DNA of 64,000 nt from Hydrolagus colliei (Eukaryota). Below the pieces are notes generated by a model. The model did not search any database, was not told where the DNA came from, and saw only the letters and a list, made by a program, of their open reading frames with translations. Made by a program: the position numbers and the translations under genes. Positions 36,009 to 50,526 of this stretch are shown here, piece by piece. Position 1 is the first letter of the stretch. Each line of letters begins with the position of its first letter. Location of the stretch: the NCBI GenBank assembly GCA_035084275.1, contig CM068747.1:19716001-19780000 (forward strand). Direction: 5' to 3'.

Positions 36009-37842
36009 TGTAACAGCAGTTTGCGGGATGAAAATAAGTTATTCATACATGGACATTTAACATGAGATGTTAACTTACAGCTTTGTTAAATAAAAAAGCT
36101 TCACATTGAAAGTGAGCGCTTGTCTAATATTTAACATAATATTTTAGAATATAATAATATTTAATTATATTGACAATAATGGAACATTAGTGTGGAACAA
36201 TAGCATGTGGTATTCAAATATTTCCCTTTGTATTTGTGATTTAAGTCCAGAATGAATGGGCAAATCTTGCACACTCAACATTTTATTCTCCCACATACTA
36301 GAAACATTGCATTATTATGTAGATTGGCAAGATAGTGCAGAGCATTTCTTTGCTTTTTAAAAATATATTCACAGACATTTCAAACTAACCATAAACAAAA
36401 TAAGAAGTTATCAGACTTCCTTTTGAAAGGTTAAAATGTGAAACTATATTTACTCAGATGTATTCAATCTTCACTGTGCATAGACGCAAAAAATGAGGAT
36501 ACAATTTAAGTTAATGTGACATATTGGTAATAACAAAATGACCTGGGCATTCATTCATGTTACGTTTTAAAATACTTTAAAAATAGACAAACTAGATTCT
36601 GCTCATTTCAAAATGTGATCTCTATTGTGCAATAGTGAAATGTTTAAATTGCTATTATTGTTTGACTCTGACGCTATATATTTTCTGTCATTTTCTAAAC
36701 AAACAAGCCAACTCTGAGAAGCGTCCATCCTACTGAGCCAGTCACTTGGAATTCCTTCCCCATCTGGGAATAGATTCCAACTTATGTTTTATTGCTTAAA
36801 TTTGCAGAATTGTTTCCAAGAATGGTGGTATATCAATCGAACTCTGAAGTGACAATCTTGCATCTCCCAGGAAAGGTGTTAAATATCAGGAATGCCACTT
36901 CTAATAAATAAATATAAATTTGTTTGTTTCATACCTTGCATACCACATCACATGGAATCATATGCTTCATTAACGCATCAATTATTTGGGGGGAGAGATG
37001 CTGAATGTTATGGTGAGATGTGTTAGTTTGGGGAACAGAAAACGTTTCATTTTGGTACTCAGTATCAACATTGTTCACTCCCACACCAAACATAATCTTT
37101 CTCCACTCTGCCACAACTCTATGTCGTAATTTCCATTTTAGAAAAGCACATCTACTGTACCACTGTCATTTTTTCCCATTTTCTACACCACTCATCCTTG
37201 TCTCTCAGAGGGAGATTAGTCATTTAGTGTCAATTTGCGTCAAATTGTGGGCAGCATTGTGCTGTGGATCTATACGTAACTGGAAGGAACTGGAACTGCT
37301 CAAAATCATTTCACATCATGGTCCTTCCAGCCAGCAGAGAGGAAAGACTTTCATCCAGACTGGATCTCAAGTATGACTCTCAGAGGTTTGAGGACAATGT
37401 GATCAAACCATCAGAACTATCTTCAAACATAAGCAAGGAGTGCCAAATGACCAAGTATGGCATTGAAATTGTCCTCGAAAAATGTATAAGAAAAAGGAAA
37501 CAGAAGTATATTTTAAAATCTTCTCAAACCCATTTGAAAAGCATCTCTTCACCATCCATATTCAAATCTATGAAATGCAAATTGTTCAGATTTACTCCGA
37601 TGCGTTCAATCTCCAAAGCCAGAAATCTGAACAATTTGCATTATCATTACATTCAACTCATTCATTCCTCCTCCATGGCATACATATGTTTTTGTTTCTT
37701 TCAAAATACACAAATGGTTGAATGTTTTTTGTTTAGAAAAATGTATTATTTACATATTGTGCATATATCATTACTTCAGACATAACATTATTGTAACTGG
37801 ATATACCTTTGATTGTCCTTGTGCTTTGTGAGTAGATGTATG

Positions 37843-38017
37843 TTCGGGTGAGATGTTAAACCAATGTCTGCATGTTCTGGTGTGAACATGGCACTATTCA
37901 AAAAGAAAATGTCCTGGGTAACAATCTGCGAAATCCACTTTACAGTGTATCCTGTGAAGCGCTTTGTGATATCTCAACGGTGTGATAAGGCTCTATATCA
38001 AATGCAAGGATTATTAG
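37843..38017 (+). mobile_element. Internally deleted Deu-domain SINE
   Basis: TTCGGGTGAGATGTTAAACC..CATGGCACTATTCAAAAAG..GTCCTGG joined to the tail TGTGAAGCGCTTTG..ATATCAAATGCAAGGATTATTA. Confidence 0.75.
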
Positions 38018-38263
38018 TTTTTCAGATTTTTAAACCTGAAAAAATATAAACCAAAGTATCCAGTACATATCATTTTGTCCCCAATAGCGATCAGCAACCC
38101 TGATGTAATCCCTGGATTGTAGCACTAATTCTGTTTTACTCCAAAGGATATCAAATCTTGAACAACGTCAGAGTTATTTTCAGGGTGAAATTAATATTAA
38201 CCTTCATTCAGTGGCATGTTTGTTTACTTAGTCTTATCTAATTATACAGTGACATACTATATA

Positions 38264-38470
38264 CAGTAAAAGCCCGTTTATCCGGCACCCTCAGGACCTG
38301 GCCAATGCCAGTTAAACGCCTGCTGGATATTCGGCCAAAAACGCAAAAAAAAAGTTTTAATTTCAATGCATTTTTCCGGCTAAATTCCGGTTAATCGAAT
38401 GCGGATTTTTGCAATGCCAGTTAAAAGGAAGTTGTGGTTGATCGGGTACCAGATAAACAGGCTTTTACTG
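38264..38470. mobile_element. Tc1/mariner (Tigger/pogo-like) MITE, copy 2
   Basis: TA|CAGTAAAAGCCCGTTTATCCGGCACC ... GGTACCAGATAAACAGGCTTTTACTG|TA; both TA target duplications intact; inverted relative to 3228-3444. Confidence 0.9.
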
Positions 38471-38779
38471 TAATTTGTGAGGCTTTAGCAAATTTTATTT
38501 GATACAATTTAGATTGTGAGCTACCATAGTTGGCAATTAACCATTGAATGGCAATTGTTTTTCGCTTCCCTTACCTGACAGTGGGCCATGTTTATTGTGC
38601 TTTTACTGCTCATAAACTGTGAGAAAGGTAGTTGATCTTAATTTGCTACAATTTCCATTTAGGATGCTGGTGCCTTATTTCACCATTTTTTAAAATTAGT
38701 AGCAAGTGATAATGGGAGACACAATTCAAACAACTTTATTTACTTGTCAAACAGTGAGTATCATATAATGGTGTCTGGC

Positions 38780-38878
38780 AATAATATTCCTTGCATTTGA
38801 AACAGAGCATTTCACGTCAGGAGGACATCTCAAAGCATTTCACAGGATTTACTGTAAAGTGCAGTAACTGTATATTTT
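38780..38878 (-). mobile_element. SINE 3' tail fragment
   Basis: CCTTGCATTTGAAACAGAGCATTTCACGTC..ACATCTCAAAGCATTTCACAGGATTTACTGTAAAGTG. Confidence 0.75.
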
Positions 38879-40924
38879 ATTGGCCGTTTCTAACAGAATT
38901 CCGTAATAAAAAGTCTAAGTGGGGACTCCTTCCACTGACGAGGAGTATGTCATGCATGTCATGCCAATTTGTAGGAACTTCACTCCAAAGGTAGACCACA
39001 TTGGAGTGATCCCGAGAGCTGCTGTGACCTACTTCTTGCTTCCTCATTAAGGAATCCCATTAGAAATCACCAGATATATTAGATCCCAATTTTTTATTTG
39101 CTTGCATTAAATAATTCCCAGTTTGGTAGCAGATTGAGCTGATGGCAACACTGCAAAAATGAAGTGCACATCAAACAGGTTTTCACCTGGTATCTGCAAG
39201 ATAAAGCCACTCTTGAAACAGTCAAGTTGTTCCAGTTCATAAATTGTCCAGTTAACTGGCAGAATGAGATGGCCTGGGCTTTTCATTTTGATATTTCCCT
39301 ACTACACCACTTACATTCCTATTTATATATGTTTGACCATCTCCGGCCATTATTCAATGTGAGTTTCCTTTTTGTGTTCATCTCACTGTTTGCTAGGTGT
39401 CACCTATATGTAGTTTGGGGGGGGAATTTTTATCCATTATTGTTGCACTCAGACAGGAATATTTCAGAACAACAACAACAAACAGAAGTGTCATCACAGA
39501 GCCTTCTAACAGGGTTACCATTTGTGAACTAACAAAAATTCAATTGAATATGACAACAACAAAAACCAAACAAGTTTGAAGAAAATTCTGCCTCAACTTT
39601 GAAATGATGAAGTGAATCAATATTTTGTAATCCTCCCCTTTACTGTTTTCTTTGTACCTCAAAAAATCAAAAACTGTGAAATGTAAACATGAATTTACTG
39701 GTAAAATGTTAGCAACATGAAAACTGAGGAGCAAACCAATAGATTTGACATTATTTCCCTTGGAGTCCAATATTGAATTCAATCCCTATAATGGCATGGA
39801 TCTGCATGCATTCAGGTACACAGCTTGTAGCTTGTGAACAGTCATAAATGTTGTATCAACAACATAGATTGGTTGTAAGAACTGATGAAATAGGCTTTGA
39901 AATTAGTCATATTATGTCAATAGCCTGTTTACAAATTGCAAGTTAATTGTCTTTCCATATTCTGTAGCAGTGCAAAGCAATATAATTGCATATTGTAATA
40001 AAATTATTTTAGAAATGTTTTCAAGGAAAAAGTGCTGTATACATTATGTTGTCAATGAATTGTTAATCAATAAGCTAGCATTACATCAATTAGACCAGCA
40101 AATTTATGTTTGAAATATACATATTTTCCTTGACAATATAGATTTAGCATTGAAATATAATGTATTATATATTTACACATACTGTGTGTGTGTGCACGCA
40201 CATGTCACAACAGCTGCCTACTATTAATAATCAAAACAACAACTATTTGTGTTTGATAAAGCAATAAACTCATATAGGGATCTAAACAAAGCAGTATATG
40301 TGTGGGCAGTAAAGTTATGTTTAAAACATTTACAAAGAAAATCTAATTAATGAGATTTGAAAGAATATTAACATTTCATCTTTGCTTATTAGTGTTAATA
40401 TATGCTCTATTATAATCTTAATATCCTCTTATTTGGGTAGCTTTGATTATGTGGACTTCTCTGGATTCAGAACATGTTTGATTTCACAGACTAATATACC
40501 TAATGAAGATAAATAGCAAGTCCCGAGCTTCAAGCATAATCTTTCCTAACACTCAGACCAGAAACTATTGCTGGGAAAAATGACAAATTCTGCTTACCAG
40601 TTTTGCTGATAACAAATTTATATCCATGTATATTGAACAAAGTGCTGTATAGTGAACCAAATCTTTGTAAATTCATTCTTAGATTAGTTTTAAAATCAAG
40701 TGGGCTGATGTGAAATAGAAGTAATTCTCTTGATGTTTGAATTTTATCCTAGTTTACAACTATCCAGGCTAAACAGTGCATGTAACACACACACACACAC
40801 ATTGTAATATTAAGACATGTGTTTCCAATGTGTATATAATCTATCTGGTTTTAGCTACTTTTATGTTCACCAAATAGCACCATGAAACAATATGAGCAAT
40901 TCATCAGTTTTCTTAGAAATAACT

Positions 40925-41053
40925 TTTCACTGCAATGTGCATTTTTCTCACAAATATATATATAGGCAATTCACTTTACAGTATATTTTGTGAAGTGCTT
41001 TGAGACATATTGAGGATGTGATAAGCTGCTGTATCAAATGCAAGGCTTATTAA
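40925..41053 (+). mobile_element. SINE 3' fragment (last clear TE before the en1 domain)
   Basis: AATTCACTTTACAGTATATTTTGTGAAGTGCTTTGAGACAT..ATCAAATGCAAGGCTTATTA. Confidence 0.8.
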
Positions 41054-44000
41054 TACATGTATAAAGGTGGACATTAATTTTCGACATAATTATAATGTAG
41101 TTTTGTTGTGAGGTGAAAAAATTACTTGAATATGACTATTTATCTTAGATCATTACAAATCTATTTGCATTATGGTTCCATAGGTTGCCTCACTAACACG
41201 ATCAATTTAGGCAAATTATAAATGAATAGTTGCCAGTTATGAATCATAAAAAAGACAGTGTACATTGTCACAACATATTTGCATAAAGAGATTATAATGG
41301 GGGGGGGGGCACAAATAAAATAAGTGTGCAATCAATTTGTTAGGAAACTTTGAATATGTGTGAAGTTTTATCAAAGAAAGCAACTTTACTATCTCCACTC
41401 TGATTTAGAGGTGAGATTATCTTTAATTAACTGTTGTCTTTGCAAAGTGAGGATCCCTTGATTCATTGCTAAAGTTTATTACATTGTAGATTTGCTCTTT
41501 TTTTCTCTACCGACTGAGTTCATGTAAACTTTTTTAAAATAAACTTTTGTTTTTTTCTCTACAGTGTATTCAATATTCGAGGCTTGAGCCAATTTGGTTC
41601 CCTCGATCCGGAACCAGGTGAAATGTAAAGGTCGTTTACATTCACTTACATTACACTTACATTCAAAAAAATTGCAAGAAATTCTTGGAACATGAGAGGA
41701 TTACCTTCAATAGGTGTGGACCTTCTGACGGCCTCTTCAGTTTGTTGCTTGTTATAGCGGCGGCTGCAATGTCCAATCTGCCCAAAGCAGTACTGTATTG
41801 CAAGCAAGTGTGTTCGGAAAGTTAGTTGAATAACCAAACCACTCAGTGTATTTGTTTCCTAATCTACCCCCACAGTAAGTCAGTTGAGTAGAAAGACAGC
41901 CACAAAATGGATCAATTCTGACAGAGTTCACTTTTAAAATAAGTGTGTTTCATTAAATTGGTTGTTTGTGAGAACCATGAGTCGGTTTTACCAAAAGCTT
42001 TAAATGTCCTGATTCTGTTATCCAGTCTTGAACCCAAAAGATAATTATTTATTTGGATTTTTTTTTTAATTGTCTAATTTTCGATTAGTTGGAAAAGTTT
42101 GACGCCCAACTCTGAGAAGCACAAGTTATTTTGTCTGATTTGTTTGGTATTATTGTCAGCTAGACCAACCCGGGTTTTGGTTAAACTCTACCCTGTACAT
42201 ATTGCTCCTGATGTAAAGCAGCAAACAAGACTAACGACGGACTGACTACCAGAGTTGTGCTTATCCTCCCCTCCCAGGATATTCCGATTTTCATTCCACA
42301 TTATAATTGGACCTGTCTTCCTTTTAACTCCCTGACTTCTCTCATTGCCTCGCCGTGCGCGGCAGATGCGAATCGGGATGCCATCCCTTACCCTGATAAT
42401 GACATTTATTGAAATGTTTGTTTCTGGAATCTGACTTTTAAATGTTCTGAATTCGTGTAGCAGATTTCACATGGCGTGCAAAGGGTCACCTCGGGGCATG
42501 TCAGCGTACACAACTGTCTTGGAAAATTATTAGTAATACTTTTTTCTCCTTTTGTGCGGGAGAACATGTATATTCATGGATCGCTTTGTGGAGAGCGGTA
42601 ATTACCTTCGCTCACACAGCATTGGTGGGATGTACTTCACTTCTCTTCCTGCATTTCGGCGATAATTTGGACCAAACGTTTTTTTTCGTGTGAGTCCCCC
42701 CCCCCCCCCCCCCCCCCCCCCACCCCCCAAAGAATATTGATCTGTGATCTCTGTGTGTGTGTTAAAGTTTTTGTTTTCTAACCACGACACAGGCTGTGTG
42801 TGTTTGTTGTCCGGCTATTGTCTGTCAGTAAAGCTGAGACCCTCTCGCTCTTGCGGTGGGGGGGGGGGGGGGGGGGGGGGGGGGGGGCGGGGGACTGCTA
42901 CTTGCCGCTAAACGCTAAATTGTAACTTTTCTTCAAACCTGTCCAACAAAAAAAGAACCCTCACGAATGACTTTCGGTTTAACTTGCTGTTTTAACTGTT
43001 TCCTGTCCATTGTGCGGCAGGAAATACTGCATTGATCGTGGCCGCAGTTCCTAAATCCATCTAATTACCAACCTTTTCTTGCGGTTGAAATGAAAATTAC
43101 TTTTAAATAAACAGTTCATGGCGAAAGTACGAGGAAATTAGTTGTTTTTGATTTTTAAAAAACTTAAGCCGCGGTTATTTGTATAATGATGTCACCTCGT
43201 TTTTTTTTCTGGAAGATATTGATGACTTCAATATTAAATATTAATTAATATTTAATACTAATTGGAATATTAATACAATTGGAGAACGTTTCACGATGTC
43301 TTTGAGCCACAGCGATGCAAACCAAGTACCGAGTTCAAATTAAATTGTTTCAATCGTTTTTGCAGGAGTTCTTCAAAATCAACCGTGTTACAAAGAGTTA
43401 AAATGTTTGGTCAGATAAGTTAACTCTGTCGGTTGTGTGAAAGTACCTGTGAAACTTCCTTACAGTCATTCCTTTCAAAAGCAGATGTGAAGGTTTAAAT
43501 AATATACATTATCTGCCCGGGCGCTGCGGTTTAAATGAGTTCAAATCAATTCTACACATTACACATAGGTGAAGGGCTTGTTAAACCCCCCACAACAAAA
43601 CTTGGAACACAAGCACAGTGATGTGCCATCTCTATCTACTGTTTTTTTTTCTCTCCTTCAAATTACACAGTTAGGAAAGTGATGATCGATTAAGCAGCAG
43701 CTGAATGTCTACATCTCTACCCCCGGCCCAGGTAACCCGGCCCATTGACTAACACGCCAGGTCAGCGTGTAAAGCTCAGGTCTGTGCAGCTGTGGGCAGT
43801 GACCTCGCCCTCTGATCGCCGTGTGGCTCGTGTTGATCACCCGGTGATGCCAACCACCGAGAATCTGTGGAGGGTTGTTGTTTTCGGTGCCTGTCGGGGA
43901 ATCTCTGCGCCGGCCAGGCCGCTCGGCTCTGAGTGATGAGAGAATCGTTCCAGTTGGTTTCCGAAAAGAGCGATCTCTTTCCTATCCGAGATCACACCGA

Positions 44001-47000
44001 GACTAGTCACGGTCACAGAGAGGGGGACGGGCCGGGCAGCAAAAAGAAATGTTCCAACCTGCTGGACTTGGTTTCATTCGAGAGCGGAGTGTGTCCCACA
44101 CACACACATCTATCTCACTAAGTTTAACAGCTCTTTGAAAGTGTTAACCACAAGGCTTCAGTGGAAACTCTCTGCGAGTCGTTGAACTTGACTCGAGTTT
44201 AAAACATTGCACTAGAATAAGGTTATGCTTGGTTATATCCCCCCCCCCCCCCCCCCCCCCCCCCCCACCACACACACACATACACACACACACCGAGGTT
44301 ATTTTACGTGTTAGTTGCGGTGTTTGGTGAATTTGATTATTCTTGTAGCTCATTTAATTTTCCTTTGGAAAAGTTCGGGGAGTCCAGTCGATTGCTGGTT
44401 TCCTCCACGACAACCTTATGAAATTATTTTCCACCAAATAAAACAGCAAACACCCGTCAGGCCGCGGAAATCAGATTCAACTCGAAACGAACCCGGAGAC
44501 CTGAGTGAAGCGCGATACCGAGTGTTTCCGGACGCGAGGCTCAACAACAATATTGAGAGCCTGTAGTTACTGATCCTGAACATCTCCACTGACTGAGCTC
44601 AGGGGGCGACTGACCACTGCTCGGGGATGGTCATGTCAACAGCCCCCAAAACACTTGACAAAGCCACGTAAGGCACAGAGTTCGGTATTGCGGCCGTTTC
44701 GATTAACATCCAGACTCCATACAAGATTTCTGCCCAACTTTTCTTCTCACGTATCCTGTGTAAATCCTTATTCTACAGGTTTTGCTTGACGCGGGCGAGC
44801 GCGGGAGAACTGCAACTTTCAAGAGAGAGGGCGGTGTTCAGAGAAACAGCCAATGTTTTGAGTTAAAGGATCGTCGCAGGTAAAACTCCCCGACTCGAGT
44901 TTCTTTCCCAATAGATCAGGTAAGAGCGATTAAACTTTCACTGGATTACTGCTGGGTTAGCTTCATGTACTCTTGTTAAACCAAGTAACATTGAACGTTT
45001 GATCTATGTATTCGTAACTAAATAGTTGATCTGAAGTGCCCTGGAGTGAAAGCCTGTGATTACAGTTCCTTGTTTTATACAGAATACAACAACTATAAGG
45101 TTATAGTTGATTTTCAGCTCTGTGGCTAACTTCGGCCAACTTCGGCCTACACTGAATAGTTCTCGTAGCTTCAAAAGGTATCCTACAAGTCTTACCGTCT
45201 CACCATCGCCCTAGAAACCCAGACTGTTTGTCCTACACAAGATACTAACTGGAGAGAGGTTGGCAATACTCATCCAACAACAACTGCAAAGTACAAAATA
45301 CAACCGCTTTACAAGACTTGTCACGTCCGTATACAATCTATATTATAATATGATGTGTGATATGACAAGTCTTTATGTACACACAAATGCTATGTGTGTG
45401 TGTGTAACCTGCTCACATTGTGTACAAAGATGTTTATCTCTCGAACATACAAGATATAACACAGAGTCGCTAATCTTACACAAGCGATTAACAACTACAA
45501 GCTTAACCACACAAACAACCTTTACTTTATTTGAAACCAGAGATGTGACTGTATATTCTGACTACCGGGTTGAATAAAAGGCGAACACTGTACGTTCTTT
45601 AAGCGCCTCGTAGCTCTGGTTTCCAGAATCTGCTCTCTGACCCCGAAGGGCACGTTTCCCTCAATGTCTGATGTTATTCCGGGACAGTGACACAAACCAC
45701 TAAAAAGGTGACTGACAGAACACATTAGGATGCTACCCGCCGGGGCAGCTGGCGGGAGCTGAATTGGCTTCCCTTCCACAAAATACCTGCCATTAGCCCA
45801 ACACTGCAATGCAGGAAATGAGGAAATAGAAACATTATGTTTTATGTTCCAGGCGTGGGTTGGACGTTCACTCACATTAGTGGGCACACATTTCAGAATA
45901 GACATTGGGAGGAAGAAATGACAACAAAGCAAAGGAAGGACGTCACAAACTGTGATTTATTTGTAGACTAGAATGTGGCCGAGTGGTATTTCAGGTGATT
46001 TTAATCGAATGACAGGGAAAGGTTTTCTACATCTACAAATGCAATTTGTATTTAACGTGTTTAGATACTGGCTCGCTTGTGCACACACACATATCCTCAC
46101 ACACACACACACACAGATTGTTACATATATGTTTCACACGTCTTGCACCCAATGAACGAAACCTCATTGGCGTATTTCAGATGTACTCATTAATTATCGA
46201 ACTACAAGGTTTCTGCCAAGATCCAAACCGAACCACGCCGTGTGACATATTTAAATTGTTCATGTATCATAATTGCATCTGTAGTAGAAACACCTTATCA
46301 TTCAAGCACGGCCATTTTCCCCGTGATTTCCTAATGAGGTACCTCTGTGTGCGAGCGGAAATCAGTTGGTGTCATTATTCAGAGAATGTTTGGGCTTTGA
46401 GGTGAGCTTCACTAGATATGACTCTATCATATAACCACATCACCCACTTCACCATGTTTTTTTTTCAAAATTGCTACAAGCTTTGACTCGGAAATATCGC
46501 ACCCCAACAGAACAGGCTCAATTCAATTACTATCAGGGATTATATAATATCCGATCCTGGATATGAATCGTTGGCATTCCTACCCAGTGTACATTTTTCT
46601 TTTGAAGTCAGACCTGAATGCACGTGTTACGATAATTTAAGTGAAAGGTTACTTGTCATTTGCTCTGAATCTTTGTATTGTAAATTCATATTACTTACAT
46701 CCATTCACGGGTTCCACATTTATCATTCCAACAACCTACAATAAACAGTCGGACTCTGCAGTCTGGTACCATTGATAAGTTTATTTGCTTTCAGAAATGA
46801 AAACATTATTATAGCTAAAGACAGTTGTAAATAAATTTTAAAATCCATAAATAAAATAACTTTGAGCACATTTCGACAAAAACGTTTGTTTTAAAAACCG
46901 ACTAATAGCTTTCAGATGCCAAGTGTTTCACAAGGTGATAAGATTTTGTGAAAACTGTTGTTAAAATGGAAAACAAAAGCAGGAAATGAGCGGAAATAGA

Positions 47001-50000
47001 CAAATAATAGTGCACAGCGGGTTTAACGCGATATACCGATATGTTGAACGCCATAATGGGAAATATTTGCACGATACTAACAATCTAACTTAGTCAGATT
47101 TTATAAAAACATGTTTCTTGAAAGCGAGTGTATTTCTCCTGCTTTTTTTGCATTGGTTACGCAATACAACTGTTTAAGTTATATCCAAAGCTTTCGGCCT
47201 CCTTTATTTAAACCAACTATATAATTTCTATTTCTTTCATTTAAAATGTTTGGATCAGAAAACCTGCAACAAAGAACGGTATCACAAAGCCACAGAGATA
47301 TTACACGTGTGATTTCAATCGTATTTATTACCAAATTGAGCAGTTTTCCGTTGAACTTGGGAAAGAATACACTAAAATCCAAAGAAGCGACAGAAGCAGT
47401 TTTACAGACCAATAAAATAAGTCAAAACAATACTTATTTGCCTTTTTATTTTATTCTTATTTTTCAATAAAATGTTTCAATGCTGGGTGAACTTTGGACT
47501 AAAAAGGCAATATAAATACCATTGCCACGCCTCCTCCAGTGCACAGCTAACTGAATGGCATTTTTTCAGTTTTTTTAAATAATTTAAACAGATTGACAGG
47601 ATTCAATGATTGCATGTCTATTAACCAGGTGTGCAGTAAACTATGTGTAGCATGTCTTACAGGGAATCTGATCAGAACCTGAGCCAGAGAGCGCCAATAT
47701 GGAAATCTCTGCTATAACGTCAATTCATGACAATAATACATTGGAGCATATTATGCGGGTTAAATGCTTAAATAGATACCCCCGTTCTGTTGCGAATTTA
47801 CTCACAACAGCTTTAACAATAAAGAATATGACCTTTTTAGGAAGGTTTTGTTGAAGCAGCACGAGTGAGCAGTAGTTAACTTTAGAGGGACAGTTCTGTT
47901 GTCTTAACGGTCGAGATTACACATTAGATGATTGGAATTTAGTAGCAGTTGCGTTTTTGTCGCCCAGTTGGCAAATTTATTGTAGATGGAATCAAAGCAG
48001 AAATGTGGGTGATGATTATGAAACTTTGGGGAAATAAATTATGTTTCAGAAGTTTCCAAAGTAACCAGATCATTGTTTTTCCAGGGTTGTGGGGTTTTGT
48101 TTTGCTTCTTGTGAACTTTGTTAAACATATGAGCCCTGGAGTCAGGAATAAGACGCTTCGGCTAAAACAAGGTGGTGTTTCCTCCACAGGTACAGGGCTG
48201 CAGTGTGACCTCGTGAATTGCCTGGTTTGATTTCTCTCTCTGCCTTTGCTGATTCACTATCACGTCGGAATCTGTACATTCGCACAAAAGGCCCAAATGA
48301 CGTTTGCTTGTTTGGGAAAGAGTTTTGACTTTTAACGGCGGCAACACTCGGTCTTATTCTGCATCCTGAACACAGCGGGAAGGGAAACTCTCGTCATATT
48401 TGTATCTGATTACCGCATCGCGTTTGGTTCAAAAAACAACACAATTGGGTCAATCTGCAGTAAACGTAGTGAATGGATTCTGCAAGCCATAGAGGGTCAC
48501 GTGAAGCAGCAATTTCTGAGAGAAAATAAATTAAATCCATAAATTACGATCTTACTTCCGACAAATCGGATAATAATTCAAATTAACAAATCTGTCATTA
48601 CTATTTGGACAAAAGTATGAGATAATTGGGCCAAGTTTTTTGGGGGTTAAAAAGGTGATTGTTAAACTAATGTTTCTTGTTTGGAAGCATTGAACAGCAA
48701 ACGTTTTGCGATTCTAATCCTCACAACCCAACGCACCTTGTTAGTGACGGTTATTTTGATACTGAAGACACCTGCAGTGACTGCCCGCGATTTACATTGA
48801 AAACTTAACTAAACTCAGGTGGGCCTTCCTGAGAGACTTTCCTGCTTCTGGATTCTGGTTTCTCATCAGATCATTTGCCTGATCACACGGAACACCATAA
48901 AAACTGTCCGGTTTTATATCATAGCTTGGGCAGCCTTTTGGTGAGTCGCACACATGAGTTGTGAATAGCCTTCAGATGCATTAAAATAAATCTTCAACTC
49001 GAGACAAATGGCATTATTTAGCATTCAGATACACTAGACAATTGCGTTTTAAAATCGATATTGTGTATCGTGAAACGTGAAAAATATTTTTCGGTCAAAG
49101 GGATTTTATGCTGATGGAATCTATCTCGTTAATATTAAAAAAATCGATCACTGGTCCGGCATTTAGCTTTATTTTTACTGAAGAAATTACGTCAGGCGGA
49201 GGTAAACAGCCAGAATTAAATCAGGAATCAGGATACACGTAAACAGAATGGACTCAGACAAAGGGGAAAGAAAGCAATGGTTAGTAAAAGTGGCCTTTTT
49301 TTGATAAAGGGTATATTGAAAAGTTCCCAATAAATCTGTGTTTTTCTCTCATTTTATTTATTGAAACCTGACAATGAATGGAAAAGTAACCTTGATTTCT
49401 GAATTCAATTCCACACACAACTCGAGTGGAATGTGCTGATTTTGTAAGGCTTGCAATATCAGCGAGAAGATGTCAAGGTTTACTTTGCGGCTGGTTGGCA
49501 ATAATAGCAGCAATTGCACAAGCTGCACTATCACATGTTTAAAAAGTTCGTAATGTCTTCATCACCATCTTTTTTGAATGCACCAAAAATTACATTGAGA
49601 TGACATTCATTTTCGAAAGTGAGAACGAATAGGATGGTAAATTACGCGCAATTTATCATTAGAGACACAACAAGCCTTATTTTATTGGCTCATAATTTTG
49701 CTATGGGGGACGAGGATAATTCAGTACTTTTGTGAATACATTACTCAGTCCATCTTACGTTTCCTAACTTTTTAATAATAAAAACAGTGTTCCACAATCT
49801 GGACCCTGGAAGTGGACATGACCTCAGTCAAAACATAAATAATGTAAACAAGCCTCCAAAGTCGGAGACACCAAACCTACAAAAAAAAATCCAAATCAAC
49901 AACAAAAACCATCGTTGAATACAAGTTACTTTTATTACAGACGGATTGGTTCCTGTTTGTGACTGGAGGCGGTTCATTGAATTCCAAACATTGGGTTCAG

Positions 50001-50520
50001 TTTTAACTGCTGGGGTGGGAGGCATGAAAATCGCAGTTTAGTTAGGATACTCTTAAGCATGGGTTTCCGCATGAGTCAGACACCCGGCTGCTCAAACAAA
50101 ATCACTTCCAATTGTTCCTTCCTATAAAATTAAGAATAGTGATGTATTTTCCTGATGAATTATCACATGGATGTGGGGACGATCTCTCTGTTTGTCTACA
50201 CATATTGGTGCCGAGATAACTGGCGTATTTCCAAACATTTAATTGCGTCTTACAAACAAGTACTGGGCCCTATTAAAGCTGGCATGTTAGTGACAGGTTT
50301 ATACTGGCCACATTAACAAGACACGCCATTCCCAAATCCAGGATTCAAACGCTTCCACGCCGTTTAATTTTTCACTTATTTTGCTGGTTCCATTAGTGAG
50401 CCCCCCCCCCCCCCCTCCCCCCCCTCCCCACCCCACCTTAACATTAAGCTTTGTAAGAAATGGGTAATAAAGGACAATAGCAAACCATTAGTCAGAATGT
50501 GTACCGAGCACAGTCTACAC

Positions 50521-50526
50521 TTTATT
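50521..50526 (-). terminator. Candidate en1 polyadenylation signal AATAAA
   Basis: Plus TTTATT = minus AATAAA, ~390 nt past the stop codon, followed on the minus strand by GT/T-rich sequence. Other AATAAA hexamers exist near 50876 and 49353. Confidence 0.55.

Noticed and set aside
37020-37785. Long ORFs of 118 and 173 aa
   Set aside because: Non-ATG starts, AT-rich random-like composition, no motifs or supporting exon structure.
1-41000. Orthologue of a known En1-regulating lncRNA such as Maenli
   Set aside because: No sequence evidence available without alignment or transcript data.
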